From Mustelus asterias (taxonomy: Eukaryota), in the NCBI RefSeq assembly GCF_964213995.1, contig NC_135824.1, forward strand, positions 52,576,001-52,640,000: DNA of 64,000 nucleotides. Reading direction: 5' to 3'. The translations under genes and the position numbers were made by a program. Shown here one piece after another: positions 1 to 12,529 of this stretch. Every line of letters starts with the position of its first letter. Positions within the stretch are counted from its first letter, which is position 1. The notes under the pieces are model-generated. The model was not told the DNA's origin and did not search any database. It saw only the letters and a program-made list of their open reading frames with translations.

Positions 1-583
1 GGGGTTTCCTCTCGGCATCGACACTTTCCGCCCCCCTCACAATATTATATGTTTCTCTCAGGTCACTTCTGGTTCTTCAAAAAACCAATCCGGAGATTAA
101 TCCACCATGAACATAGAACATTATAGCGCAGTACAGGCCCTTCGGCCCTCGATGTTCAGGACTCCGACCAGCAGAGGCGACAATTAATCTATCGAAAAGT
201 CTGGAATGTCTTTTTACTCTTGAAATTAGAATTACGTCGACCACCATATTCTACATTGCGCCAAATGTCATCCAGGTTTTTGCAGTCTGTCTTCTGAATT
301 TCCTCACTAAATCCCGGGATTGTTCTGTGGATCTGAGCTGTGATTCCTCCACATTTTCCCCTCTCCACCAACCCCTCAATGTGTCTTTGCAACTTCCTGC
401 TGCTGCTAACTCCACATAAACCAATCAGGGGGTGAGGGGTGGGTCTGATACAGGAAAAGTGCGAGGCTGTCAGTTCACGTGGGGACTGGGCTGTCAATCA
501 AACAGTGAGGAGGAGGAGCATTGCAATGTAAGTGTTTTCTTCCCAGTGTGAAAGATTGTTTAACCGGGAAGCTGCAGTGGAAG

Positions 584-1095
584 ATGTATCTGTTGCTGGC
601 TCTGTTCATCATGTTTCACCGTAAGGAACTTTCCCAAAAACAATTCTTATTCAACATCTAACTTTCCTTTCCACTTGCAGACCTCCCTCTTCCTCTGATT
701 CCTTCTGTTCTTTCTATTTTTCTACATCTCTCTCTCTTTCCTCGATTCTCCACCACCCAGAGTGCCCAATTTCCTGATCTCTCCCTGTCTCTTCCTCAGA
801 TGTGAAGTCTCAGACGATCCGCCAGACTCCCGCCGCCGTTTCCAAATCTCCAGGGGAGAGAGTGAGACTGAACTGCACTGTGAAGGGGAGCAGTACTCTC
901 AGGATGTACTGGTACAGACAATACCCGGGGAGGGAGCTAAAGCTGATGTTTTACTCCGAAACTGAAGAGCATGTCAGTCCAAATGAGGCGGTGGACGGTT
1001 TCACAGCGAAGCGACCGAATGGCTATAAGTTTAACCTGAATTCCTCCAGTCTGCGGGTGAATCACTCGGCCGTGTATTACTGCGCCTGGAGTCTT
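584..1095 (+). CDS. TRBV: TCR V segment (V1, CAWS family), probably TCR beta; exons 584-620 and 800-1095
   Basis: Leader MYLLLALFIMFH with phase-1 GTAAGG donor and CTCAG acceptor; Ig-V domain with C, MYWYRQ and AVYYCAWS; followed by a perfect 23-RSS. Confidence 0.92.
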
Positions 1096-1134
1096 CACAG
1101 TGACTCAGAGAGATGGAGCAGCTCAACAAAAACC
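1096..1134 (+). promoter_or_regulatory. 23-RSS of V1
   Basis: CACAGTG + 23 nt + ACAAAAACC. Confidence 0.97.
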
Positions 1135-1490
1135 CCAAAGGCAGCAGCAAACACCTGCTTCGACCAAACCGTGGTATAACAGTTCATTTTGGTAGATAGG
1201 ATGTGCGATTGGAACAAGAAACGAGACAAAATGAAATATGAATTATTCAGGATAGCGAATGTGAATATCAAGTTAAGTCAGAATGATAGCAGAAGCTCGA
1301 GTTTAAAGGTATTAGGATTCTTCAAATAGACTTATTTCTGTTGATATGTGAAGGTTAAGAGCGGAACGGAGTGAGATGTTTCAAATTGTGAAATGGATTG
1401 GACAGAGTAGAGGAATGTTCACTTCTGCGGGAACATCATAACCAGAGAGCACGAGGGGAAGAAAGTCACTCATCTAAGTGCGAAGTCAGA

Positions 1491-1789
1491 AGCTACTGCT
1501 TCACCGCGCCAGGGACCCGGGCTCAATTCCCGGCTTGGGTCCCTGTCTGTGCAGAGTTTGCACATTCTCTCCGTGTCTGCGTGGGCTTCCTCCGGTGCTC
1601 CGGTTTCCTCCCATACTCCAAAGCTGTGCGGGTTCGGTAGATTTGCCGTGCTAAATTGCCCCTTAGTGTCAGGAGTCTAGCTAGGGTAAATGCATGGGGT
1701 CATGGGGATATGTCCTGGATGGGATTTTGCTCTGTGCAGACTGGATGGGCCAAAGGGCCTCCTTCAGCACTGTATGATTCTATGATTCT
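1491..1789 (+). mobile_element. tRNA-derived V-SINE (HE1-like), CR1-type tail
   Basis: Central TCTGCGTGGG..CCTCCGG..GGTTTCCTCCCA domain; GCACTGTATGATTCTATGATTC tail. Confidence 0.85.
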
Positions 1790-2096
1790 CATTACCCACC
1801 GAGTGGTGCGAATGCGGAACTCGCTGCAGGGCGACTGGATTGAGTAGAAATTATTTAAAGCGAACCTGGATAAACATAAGGAGACGGGGCAACAGGATAC
1901 GTTGTTGGGGTCGAGCTGGGTTTCAGCGACAGGTTAGGCACATCAATGCAGTTTGAGTATCGTGCTATACCCAGCTGGTCCAAACAGAGTCTGACTTCTT
2001 CAGAATGCGGGGTCTGATTGGACGAGCTGGATACAACTCGATGCTGAAATTGATCAGGTTGAGGGCAGACAATAGAAACAAAATGTGAGTGGGACG

Positions 2097-2220
2097 TGGG
2101 GGGGGGGGGGGGGGGGTGGGGAGCGGGGGGGGGAGGTGGGGGGCGGGTGGTGGATGCGGCGGCTGGTAGCTGGGCCCGGGGGAGAGTAGGGACTGTGGGT
2201 GAAGGGGCGGGGGGAGCTGA
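2097..2220 (+). repeat. G-rich low-complexity tract (G-quadruplex prone)
   Basis: Long G runs. Confidence 0.8.
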
Positions 2221-2542
2221 GAGCGGTGGGGTCTTGAGCTAGGAGTGGGGCCAGATTAGGGATCTTCCTCCGCCGTTCCGTCAGGAGATTTGAGAGGTCA
2301 AAAGTTTTCCGTACAATCATAGAATCTTACAGTGCAGAAAAGGCCGTTCGGCCCATCGAGTCCGCACCAACAAAAGCTATCATTAAAGGCGCTCTGCACC
2401 TATTTTTCTGCACTTGCCCCGTCTCCTTGAATGGTGTGAAATTTCAAATGCTCATCCAAATGTTGTTTTTAAATGTTGTAAGATTTCCAGCATCCACTAC
2501 CCTCCCAGGAAGTGCATTCCAGATTCCCACCACGCTCACGAT

Positions 2543-2890
2543 TTTTTTGTATTCGTTCGTGGAACATGGACATAGCTGGCTGGGTCAACGTTTATTGCTC
2601 ATCCCTAATTGTCATTGAGGGAGCAGTTGAGAGTCAACCACATTGCTATGGATCTGGAGTCACATGTTGGCAAGATCGGGTAAGGATGGCAGATTTATTT
2701 CCCTAAAGGACATCAGTGAATCAGATGGCATTTTGCGACAATCGACAATGGTTTGGATTTTTAATTCCAGATTTTTATTGAATTCAAATTTCACCATCAG
2801 CCATTGTGGTATTCGAACCCGGGTCCCCAGAGCATTATCCTGTGTATCTGGAATACTCGTCCAGTGACAATATCACGATGCCACAGCTCC
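2543..2890 (-). mobile_element. Second tRNA-derived SINE family copy
   Basis: Reverse complement of the 5057-5392 element. Confidence 0.75.
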
Positions 2891-3136
2891 CGTAAACCAG
2901 TTAGAACCCGGCACGATGCTGGTGAATCCTCTCCCTGCAAGTACAATAGATCCCTTCCGGCAGGAGCCAGCCAGGACTGGGAGGTATGCATGCCTCAGGG
3001 TCTCAAGAACTGGAGCAGACTTTCCCACATTTTCCTTTGCCAGCTGCTCTGAATTAAAGTATTGCATTAAATCTCAATTCTTTTTCTGCAAGTTTATCCG
3101 TGTTCAGGCTTTTTGTGTAGCTATAAAAATGTTTCA

Positions 3137-3410
3137 GGCGGCACGGTGGCACAGTGGTTAGCAGTACTGCCTCACAGTGCCACGGACCCGGGTTCGATTC
3201 CCAGCTTGGGTCACTGTCTGTGTGGAGTTTGCACATTCTCCCCGTGTCTGCGTGGGTTTCCTCTAGGTGCTCCGGTTTCCTCACACAGTCTAAAAGACGT
3301 GCTGGTTAGGTGTATTGACCCGAACAGGCATTGGAGTGTGGCGACTAGGGGAATTTCACTGTAACTTCATTGCAGTGTTAATGTAAGCCTTACTTGTGAC
3401 TAATAGATAC
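3137..3410 (+). mobile_element. V-SINE, alternative 3' tail
   Basis: GGCACGGTGGCACAGTGGTTAG A-box, GGTTCGATTCC B-box; tail GTAACTTCATTGCAGTGTTAATGTAAGCC. Confidence 0.85.
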
Positions 3411-4302
3411 ATTTTATACACTCACTAGTAACACCAAAGTTCGTCTCTTCTCACCAGTTAGAGTACTGACCTCTCTCTCTCTCTTAAGCCAACCCTGAAG
3501 GACCTCAGACTTGTCCACATTAAACTGCACCAGCCGCTACTTTTCCCACTTGAAGACGCAGCAAGGTATTAGTAAAGATGTCAGGACTGGGGGTTTATAA
3601 CAATGAATAAAGATTGAAAGATAGGAGATGTTTATCTGGAAAATAAAATACTGCAGGATAACTTAATAGAGGTCTTTAACATTATAAACCGGTTTAATGG
3701 GTTAGATTACTTTTCCGACTTTGGATCTTGAGGACATCATTAAATCATGGGATATAACAGGGAATGCAGAAGCCAAAGCCTTTGCTCCTAAAGAGCGGTG
3801 AGAAACTCACTACCTCAAGGTTGAGGCGAAATATTGCTTCTGTTTTAAAGGGGGAATCTGGATAAGTACATGCGGAAGAGAGGACTAGAATGAAATATTA
3901 ATAAGATAAGATAAAGTGCATAGGGACATTGACTTTTCTGCTCTGCAATAGCACTCGAGGCAATTAAAGCGAGAGACCTGGTCAAATACAGGGGTTTTAG
4001 GACTGGAGCAGAAAAGCCTGAGAGATTCTATAAACCTATTCCTGGTGAAGGGAAAAAAGGCTCGGATTAAGCAGGAAGGAATATTAGATAGAACCAATGA
4101 GGAACTGAAAGAAGGAATGAAGGCAAGAAAAACAGAAGGGGAGAAAAAAGCGACTTTCGATTCTACCTTCTGACAAGTTTACTTATCGGTAGGTACATCA
4201 GAGGGCGCTCTCGGACCACGAAACACATCGGAGACTGCAGCATGGTTGTACAGGACAGGGGAATGCCATCCAGCCCATCTGGAACCTGTTGCATAAGTGT
4301 AA

Positions 4303-4566
4303 GTTTGTTTATTAGTCTCACGAGTAGGCATACAATAGCACTGCAATGAAGTTACGGTGAAAATGCCCCAGCCGCCACACGCCGGCGCCAGTTCGGGCAC
4401 ACTGAGGGAGAATTTAGCATGGCGCCTAGCCAGTTCATCTTTCCGACTGCGGGATGAAACATACGCAGACACGGGAAGAACGTGCAGACTCCGTACAGAC
4501 ATTGACCTAAGCTGGGAATTGAAGCCGGGTCCCGGCGCTGTGAGGCAGCAGTGCTAACCACTGTGT
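4303..4566 (-). mobile_element. V-SINE, alternative tail
   Basis: Reverse complement of the 3137-3410 type. Confidence 0.8.
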
Positions 4567-4769
4567 CAGCAGGCCGCCAGGAGAAGATCCAGTCAGTCCT
4601 TTAAAGCCTGTTATACATAAACAAAATGGTGCGGGGGGGGGGGGGGGGGCATTCAGCACATCCGAGTTTCTTGCACAGGGCAAGCATGAGGTCATTCAGT
4701 CCCTCAAGCCTGTTACACAGGAAAAAGAAGATGTCTATTCATCCCCTATCGAATCTGCTACATGGGAAA

Positions 4770-4960
4770 AGTAAGAAGTCTCACAACACCAGGTTAAAGT
4801 CGGAGCGCTGCTCCTTCATCAGGTGAGTGGGCCACTCACTTGATGAAGGAGCAGCGCTCCCGAAAGCTTGTGCTACTAAATAAACCTGTTGGACTTTAAC
4901 CTGGTATTGTGAGACTTCTTACTGTGCCCACCCCAGTCCAAAGCCAGCATCTCCACAACA
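4770..4960. mobile_element. Penelope-like element terminal repeat in inverted arrangement, with degenerate minimal hammerhead ribozyme motif
   Basis: Inverted arms 4802-4830/4832-4860 and 4770-4801/4892-4923; (C/T)TGATGA-AGGAGCAGCGCTCC-CGAAAGCTT. Confidence 0.7.
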
Positions 4961-5056
4961 TGGGAAAAGGAGGAGGTAATTCCAATCGGAATTAATGGGA
5001 ATGACTTGGGGCTTATTGGGAATCCAAATTTGAGTAATTGCATTTTGATTATTCGA

Positions 5057-5392
5057 GGGGCGGCAATGACGTAGTGGTAGTATCGGTAGACTATTAATCC
5101 AGAAATTCAGCTAACGTTCTGGGGATCCGGGTTCGAATCCCATCACGGCAGGTGGTAAAAAAAATCTGGAATTAAGAATTTACTGATGACCATGAAACAA
5201 TTGTCGATCGTCGGAAAAATCCATCTGGTTCACTAATGTCCTTTAGGGAAGGAAATCTGCCGTTCCTACCTGGTCTGGCCTACATGTGACTCCAGAGCCA
5301 CAGCAATGTAGTTGACTCCCAACTGTCCTCCAAGGGCAACCAGGACAATAAATGCTGGCCGACGCCCATGTCCCACGAGTTAATTAAAAAAA
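5057..5392 (+). mobile_element. Second tRNA-derived SINE family
   Basis: GTAGTGG A-box, GGTTCGAATCCC B-box, CCATCTGGTTCACTAATGTCCTTTAGGGAAGGAAATCTGCC core; several copies in the window. Confidence 0.8.
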
Positions 5393-5581
5393 CCTGACAA
5401 GTAGTAGCACATTAACACCCAGGTTAATTCTGATTGGGTAGACAGGAGCAAGAAGGCGTGTCTAATGCTTCCTTATTCCTTCACGATATCAGGTTTCTCT
5501 CAATGATTTGAAAAGAGCGGGTTGGCTTCTCACAAGACTCCAAACTTCTCTTCCCGCTGAAGCGGAAATTTCACACTGAAA

Positions 5582-6062
5582 ATGTATCTGTTGCTGGCTC
5601 TAATGATCGTGTTTCATCGTAAGGCGGTGTTTCAAAAAATATTTCTTCTTAATGATTTCTTCTTTCCTTCTATCCTTGCTTTTTATCTCCCTTTGTATCA
5701 ATGATTCTCTCCAACTTGTTGGCCTGAACGTCCCTATTCACTGGTTTCATTCTCTCCCTGTCCCAGGTGCCCATTCGCAGACTATCCGCCAGACTCCTGC
5801 CGCTGTCTCCAAAAATCCTCAGGAACCAGTGCATCTGCAATGCACTGTGAATGGCACCAGTGATCCCTACATGTACTGGTACCGACAGTACCCGGGCCAG
5901 GAGCCCCGGTTAATGTTCTACTCCATTTCGACCAATACTGTGAATCCGAATGAGCCGGTGGACGGTTTCAGAGGCGAGAGACCGAGTGACTCCGAGTTCA
6001 ACCTGAAGTCCTCCAACCTGCGGATGAGTCACTCGGCTGTGTATTACTGCGCTTGGAGTCTT
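5582..6062 (+). CDS. TRBV: TCR V segment (V2, CAWS family); exons 5582-5618 and 5767-6062
   Basis: Leader MYLLLALMIVFH, GT..AG intron, YMYWYRQ, AVYYCAWS, perfect 23-RSS. Confidence 0.92.
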
Positions 6063-6101
6063 CACAGTGACTCAGAGAGACTGAGCAGTTCGACAAAAAC
6101 C
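6063..6101 (+). promoter_or_regulatory. 23-RSS of V2
   Basis: CACAGTG + 23 nt + ACAAAAACC. Confidence 0.97.
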
Positions 6102-6244
6102 CCAAAGCCAGCAGCAAATGGTCGTTCTAAACAAATCGACCTGCTGTTATGTTCTTGCTGGCAGAACATGACAATAGGAGGAGGTACCGTAAAGCCCCGC
6201 CCTCTCTCTATGATTGACTGGAGTTGAGAATTGGAGTTTTCATT

Positions 6245-6569
6245 GAATCAAGGAACCCCTACAGTGCAGAAGGAGGCCATTTGGCCCATCGCGTCTGCAC
6301 CGGCCACAATTCCACCCAGGCCTTATCCCTGCATCCCCATACGGTTACTCTGCTAATCCCCCTGACACTTAAGGACAATTTGTAATGACCAGTCCACCTA
6401 ACATACACATCCTTGGACTGTGGGAGGGAAACGGAGAACCCGGAGGAAACCCACGCAGACACGGGGAGAACGTGCAGACTCCGCACAGACAGTGACCCAA
6501 GCCGGGAATCGAACCCATGTCCCTCGAACTGTGAGGCAGCGGTGCTAACCACTGTGCCACCATGCCGCC
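6245..6569 (-). mobile_element. V-SINE (HE1-like)
   Basis: Reverse complement of the SINE consensus seen in other copies. Confidence 0.85.
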
Positions 6570-7829
6570 GAATATGAAATTATATATTTCAAACATGAAA
6601 TTAGAAAAGGGTGGGACAGGGTTGATGTCGGGAGTTTAGCTTCACTTGTCTGGTAGATCAGAATTTGGCGGCCGGTCATAGATATCAAAAACATTCATTA
6701 ATAATTCCAACAGTGGAATTTATGTTATACGTGTTTATCCCGAGAATGGTTAGATTGTGAAAGTCGCAGAGAGAGACTGGGTGTGGGTGGGGAGTGGTAG
6801 GGGTAGGGTCTTCGATGCATGAAGACAGGCGGGAGATAGCAGTACAAATGTATGTTGATGGTACATCGTGTTTTGGGATATACAGCACATCCAGTCAGCA
6901 GACACCACTGGCGTTAAATAGTTGAGGAATTTCTCTCTGCCCAAAACAAATACAAATGACACATTCAGAAAGAAATGGTGGAAGAAAGGGAAACGGGTTC
7001 GAGAAGGGAAGACAAACGAAGAGAAAAAGGGGAAAGACTGGGTTTGGGAGATTGCTTTTTGTTTCTCCAGGCGGGCTGCAGAGGGCGCTGTAGGACCATG
7101 GGACACAACCTGGTAGATCGTTCAACAGGAATTGAAAGATACCATCCAGCCCTTCGAGTTTGCTGCACCAATCAGATTATAGCTGATCTGTAATTTAACT
7201 TCATTTGTCAACTCCACACCGCATCCCTCGACACACCAATCAACAAAAATCAGTCGACCGCAGTTATGAAATGTTAAGTTTCCCATTAGCTTGCGCTGCC
7301 TTTTGGAGGAGGTAATCCAATGCTCCTCTTCCCCTTGTGCGAAGAACTGCTTCCTGCCATCAACCTTTAACTGCTTCCCTCTCATGTGCAAATTACGTCT
7401 CTATGTTTTGCCACACACCCCCGCCCACAAGTAGGGGGTGGTGGAGGTCTTCCATTGTCAACCCTGAGAAAAGCTCCTCAAACTTTAAATTAGTTCACCT
7501 TCAATCTTCTACATTCAGCAGGATGCAGATAGGTTTGGGCAAACTATTGTCATGATTTTGAAGCCGCTGTATCCTTCTGGCGGATCCATTTTCTATTGTC
7601 TCTAAGCCCAATACACTCTTCCTGACGTGCTGCCCTGAACTGAAAGTAGTTCTCCAGAACCTGCTGCTCTCATCTCCTCCCGCAGAGGCTTTGATTTGGG
7701 GAGAGGCGGGGCTTTAGTCGATTAGAAGGGGCGTGGTGTCCAAACCTGCATCACTCCCCTGTGTCAATTCTATTCTTCTCAATCACGTGTCAGGGGTTCG
7801 TGTAGCTCTCAACAAGACTGGGCTTTATA

Positions 7830-8249
7830 ATATTCACTCGGTGACTGAGTCTCATGATCTCCTTTCAATGCGAGTGATTTTTAAAGTAACACTGTGCCAC
7901 ATGTCCAGATTATTTTCTGTTCCTTCTTATTTTCTTTATTTTCTTCTCTCATTTTACAAAAGAATGTTCCTGTTTACTGACCGCCTCCCCATCTCTCTTC
8001 CACAGTTTGAGTCCTCCTTCCTCTGTCTCCAAACTCACACAGAATAATACTGGAGTATGCGGTTGTACTGGTTACATGTACTGGCGCAGGTAATGCCTTG
8101 GCAAGGAACTGCAGCTAATGGTTTAGTCTGCAGCTGTACAAAGTGTTCAAGGTGGGGTCCGCTGGCCTGTGGGCGTATCCGCGAGCCGTGCGTTACGGCA
8201 CCTGGAGCCTTTACAGCGACTCAGAAAGTGAAGCATTTCAACAGAAACC
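7830..8249 (+). pseudogene. TRBV: Decayed TCR V pseudogene (V3, CAWS family)
   Basis: TACATGTACTGG (YMYW), GGCAAGGAACTGCAGCTAATG (GKELQLM), GCCGTGCGTTACGGCACCTGGAGC (decayed AVYYCAWS); relic RSS TACAGCG-22nt-ACAGAAACC at 8212-8249, followed by the family 3' flank CAAAGGCAGCAG. Confidence 0.85.
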
Positions 8250-8599
8250 TCAAAGGCAGCAGGAAACAACTGGGTTGTTCAAGCTGCGCGTTGCTTCGAC
8301 CTGCTTTTGTTGGTTTTATTTTGTGGTGGGAGGGTGCTTACGGAAGGTTAGAATCGCAGTGAGTGATTCTATGTCACGACACTGGAAAAGTGGCAAAGAA
8401 AGATTAACAAGGATAATACCGAAAGTGAAAGATTGCAGCTGTCAGAATAGAACAGGACATGGTTTTATTCCACTGACTCTGTTTTGTTGCTCCATAGTTA
8501 TAGCTGATGGTGCCCGAGGATAGAAATCACAACTGACTGGAACAGTCACTCGTAACAAAATGAGGTCCATTCAGGATAATGGGCACCAAATAATAAAGT

Positions 8600-9285
8600 A
8601 TTTATTCTTCATGGGATGTGGGCGTCGCGAGCTAAGCCAACATTTGTTGCCCATCTCTAATTGCCCTTGATCTGAATGGTATTTAAGAGTCAACCTCATT
8701 GCTGTGAGTCTGGAATCATATGCAGGCCAAACCAGGCGAAGACGGCAGATTTCATAGAATCATAGAAACCCTACAGTACAGAAAGAGGCCATTCAGCCCA
8801 TCGAGTCTGCACCGACCACATTCCCACCCAGGCCCTACCCCCATATCCCGACATATTTACCCACTAATCCCTCTAACCTATGCATCTCAGGACACTAAGG
8901 GGCAATTTTAGCATGGCCAATCAACCTAACCCGCACATCTTTGGGAGGAAATCGGAGCACCCGGAGGAAACCAACGCAGACATGAGGAGAATGTGCAAAC
9001 TCCACACAGACAGTGACCCAAGCCGGGGATTGAACCCAGGACCCTGGAGCTGTGAAGCAGCAGTGCTAACCACTGCGCTACCGTGCCGCCCCTAAAGGAC
9101 ATTAGTGAACCAGATGGGATTTAACGGCAATCGACTATGGTTTCGTGGGTCATCAGTAGATTTTTAGTTCCAGATTTTTATGGAATTCAAATTTCACTAT
9201 CTGACGTTGTAGGGTGCTAACCGGGGTCCCCAGAGCAGGTCCTTGGTCTCTGGATTACTATCCCAGTAGCAGTACCACTCCACCA
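8600..9285 (-). mobile_element. Second-family SINE interrupted by a V-SINE (V-SINE about 8753-9091)
   Basis: Host sequence ..GGCAGATTTC resumes as CCTAAAGGACATTAGTGAACC after the nested SINE. Confidence 0.8.
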
Positions 9286-9489
9286 CGGTCTGCCCTGAAA
9301 CTGAGTGAACAGAGGGATGAAGCAAACGCCGGAAAATATTTAACTCAGTATTGGGCAACTGTTTCAAACAGAGAGCAGGAGGCCATTCAGTCCCTTGCGG
9401 CCGTTAAACGGGGATAGCAAGAGGCCACGGAGTCTGCTCGGCTTGGAGTTGCACCATACTGGTTCTTTATCTTTAGTCCTTTGTTTCAT

Positions 9490-10050
9490 ATCCACCCTAC
9501 CCCATCACACGCGACTCTCCTACTGACCAAAACCCCATCTATATCAAGTATTCAATGACACAGGCTCCACAGGCTCACGATTCCCTGAAAGAGAAAATAT
9601 CTGCTCATGTCTCTCTTAAATGGGCTACTCTAATTTTTAAATGGTGTCCCCGAGTTCTTGACTCCACGATAAGGGGAAACATTCACTCAGCATCCACCCT
9701 TGACAAGTTGGCGTTTCCTTCTTCTAAACTCCACTGGGTAGAAGGGCCAATCCCCTTTATCTCACCCCAGAAGATAACCCATTCATCTTAGTCAAGTGAA
9801 CGTTCACTGAACTGCTTCTGATTAAATTATACCCTTTCTCGAAGAAGCAGACCAAAATGGTACAAGGCGCCTCAGAAGTGATCCCACTTAGAGCTTGTGC
9901 ATCTGTACCAACACTTCCATACTTTTATCCTCTATTCCGTTTGCAATAAACTCCAATGTTTCATTTGCCTTCACTTGCCTTTTTTGCATTCTAACTCTTT
10001 GTGATTCATTAATCAGGACACCCAGAACCCTCTGCACCTCAAATTTCTCC
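9490..10050 (-). mobile_element. Old CR1 LINE 3' fragment
   Basis: Degenerate similarity to the reverse complement of CR1 RT 3' ends elsewhere in the window. Confidence 0.55.
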
Positions 10051-10514
10051 CTCCACTCTCTCTCTGTTCATCAATGATACAGACCCAACGGTCCCAGCTC
10101 TTGCCGGCGACTGGCCCATTGCTCTCAATCTCTGAATAAGTATATTGTTTAACAAAATTAAAATAAAAAAAACCGTGGAGGCAGAAAATCTGAAATAAAA
10201 TCTAAAATTGTTGTAAAAACACAGCAGGTTAAGCAGCATCTGAGGAGGGAGCTCCAGTCCAATATAACTATTCAGAATTAGAGTCATGTGGACGCCAAAT
10301 GATTCTGTCTCCATTGGCCCAGCCAGAGCCTGTGAGCAGTTGCCACATTTTCTGTTCCGTTTACAATGATTACTAACAGATTTGATTACAGAAAGAGGAG
10401 TGACCCACCCTCACCCCATCTCATATTTGTTCCAATGATTTGAAAGGAGCCATCAGATGCCAACTTCACCTCTTTATGTGCGCTTCTGGACCGGATTGAA
10501 TCGTGAGAAGCCAA

Positions 10515-10815
10515 GAAGCATAAAAACATACAAACTAGAAGCAGGAATTGGCCATTCGCCCCCTCAGGCCTGCTCCGCCATTAAGTTTGATCATGGCTGA
10601 CCATCAAAGTCAATATCATGATCCCGCCTTCTCTCCATATCCCATGATCCCTTTAGCACCAAGAACTATGTCCAATTTCTTCTTGAAATCACACTATGTT
10701 TTGGCTTCAATGACTTTCGCTGGTAGTGAATTCCACACATTCACCACCCTCTGGGTGAAGAAATTTCTCCTAACCGCAGTCCTAAAAGGCGTATCCTCAA
10801 CTGTGACCCTTAGTT
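10515..10815 (-). mobile_element. CR1 LINE 3' tail
   Basis: GGCCATTCGCCCCCTCAGGCCTGCTCCGCCATT..TTCACCACCCTCTGGGTGAAGAAATT. Confidence 0.75.
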
Positions 10816-11126
10816 CTGATAGCGATGGTCATGGAACTGCGGGGCTATGTCAATCCTCGACTGCCTGAGTGTCGAGAACATCTCTGGACAGCACCCGTTT
10901 ACTTTTCAATACACTTTCTTTTTAGGGAGAGAGGCAGTGAGATGAATATAAAGCGAGGCGGGGTGCGAGCGAGATATGGAGTGAGATATTCAGAGTGAGG
11001 GCGAGAGACAATTCTATTCAATCAGGTTTGCACCCTCTCCGGGTCTAGTTCAACCTCCCTGAGGTGTCTGCCCGGGACTGAAAGAAGGGTTCCCTGTGCA
11101 GCTTACCCAGGATTCTCTACAATTGG

Positions 11127-11444
11127 TGGCACGGTGGCACAATTTTTAGCACTGTTGCCTCACAGCGCTAGGGACCCAAGTTCGATTCCCGGCTTGGGTC
11201 ACTGTCTGTGTGGAGTTTGCCGTGTCTACGTGGATTTTCTCCGGGTTCTCCGGTTTCCTCCCACAGTCAAAAAATGTGCGCGTTAGGTTGATTGACCATG
11301 TTAAATTGACCCTAGTGTCAGGGGGATGAGCAGGGTAAATATGTGGGATTACGGGAATAGAGTCTGGGCGGAATTGTGTTCGGTGCAGGCTCGATGAGCC
11401 GAATGGCCTCCTTCTGCACTGTAGCGATTCTCTAGGATTCTATG
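11127..11444 (+). mobile_element. V-SINE (HE1-like)
   Basis: A/B boxes, central domain, CR1-type tail. Confidence 0.85.
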
Positions 11445-11818
11445 AAGCAGAATGTCCTCCATTTTGCGAATTTTGTAGCGGGGCAACTGCACGCCTCTGC
11501 AGCTCCAGAGTTCCCCCCTTGTCACCAGAATGTATTCGGGATGACCTCAGAATTGTCCAAGTGAAACTGCATCTGCCACTCCTTTGCCCACTCAGTTCAT
11601 TTTGAAATCCCCTGTTCCAACCTCCTTCAGTTCGTCAATCGTGGGGGTGGGGCTTTCAATCAGAGGGGGAGGAGCCTGGCCAGCATATGTACGTCACTTC
11701 GTAAAACATTTCGTGACTCAATGATTTCAGAAAAGGAGTTCGGCTCCCAACAAGACACAACGCCCTTGTATTGTTATCTTTTTCACTTCCCTGTCAGAAG
11801 AAAGGCCGAGCGAACAAC

Positions 11819-12271
11819 ATGTTAGTGTTACTGAGCCTCGCGATCTTACTTCAATGTGAGTGATTATTAACTCATTTATTCTTACCTCTGCTATTTTTTC
11901 TTTCTATCTTTCTTTCCCTCTCCACCTCACAGATTATCCTAGTTCTCACCTCTTCCTCTCCCGTCTCATTGCCAGGTGTGAACTCGCAAACTATCCGCCA
12001 GACTCCCGCCGTTGTCTCCAAATTTCCCGGGCAGAGTGTGAAACTGACCTGCTCTGTCAGGGGCTCCAGTAACCCTGCTATGTTGTGGTACAGGCAATAC
12101 CCAGGAAAGGAGCTGCAGCTGATGTTTTACTCCGCGGTTAGCGGTTCCGTGAATCCAAATGAGCCGGTGGACGGTTTCTCCGCCGAGCGACCGAGTAGCT
12201 CTGAGTTCCACTTGAATTCCTCCAGCCTGCTGGTGAAACAGTCGGCAGTGTATTATTGCGCCTGGAGTCTT
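11819..12271 (+). CDS. TRBV: TCR V segment (V4, CAWS family); exons 11819-11855 and 11976-12271
   Basis: Leader MLVLLSLAILLQ, GTGAGT donor, MLWYRQ, AVYYCAWS, perfect 23-RSS. Confidence 0.92.
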
Positions 12272-12310
12272 CACAGTGACTCAGAGAGATGGAGCAGTTC
12301 AACAAAAACC
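12272..12310 (+). promoter_or_regulatory. 23-RSS of V4
   Basis: CACAGTG + 23 nt + ACAAAAACC. Confidence 0.97.
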
Positions 12311-12529
12311 CCAAAGGCAGTAGCAAACAGCTGCTTCACAAAACACTGCGTGGAGCTTTCAATGTTTCTTCGTGCAGAGCGAACATATTTTTCAGAATAA
12401 AATTTGGACCACTGGCAGTGTGAGTAATTAGAGATAGAGCAACACTGGAAAGTTCGGAATGACTTCGGTCATTGGCAAGATTTTAGAGATGATGTGGAGA
12501 TGCCGGCGTTTTAACATATGCAATGCAAT

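Noticed and set aside
168-181. CCAGCAGAGGCGAC as a CTCF site (similar weak hits at 34816 and 35045)
   Set aside because: Core GGC positions mismatch; too weak to call
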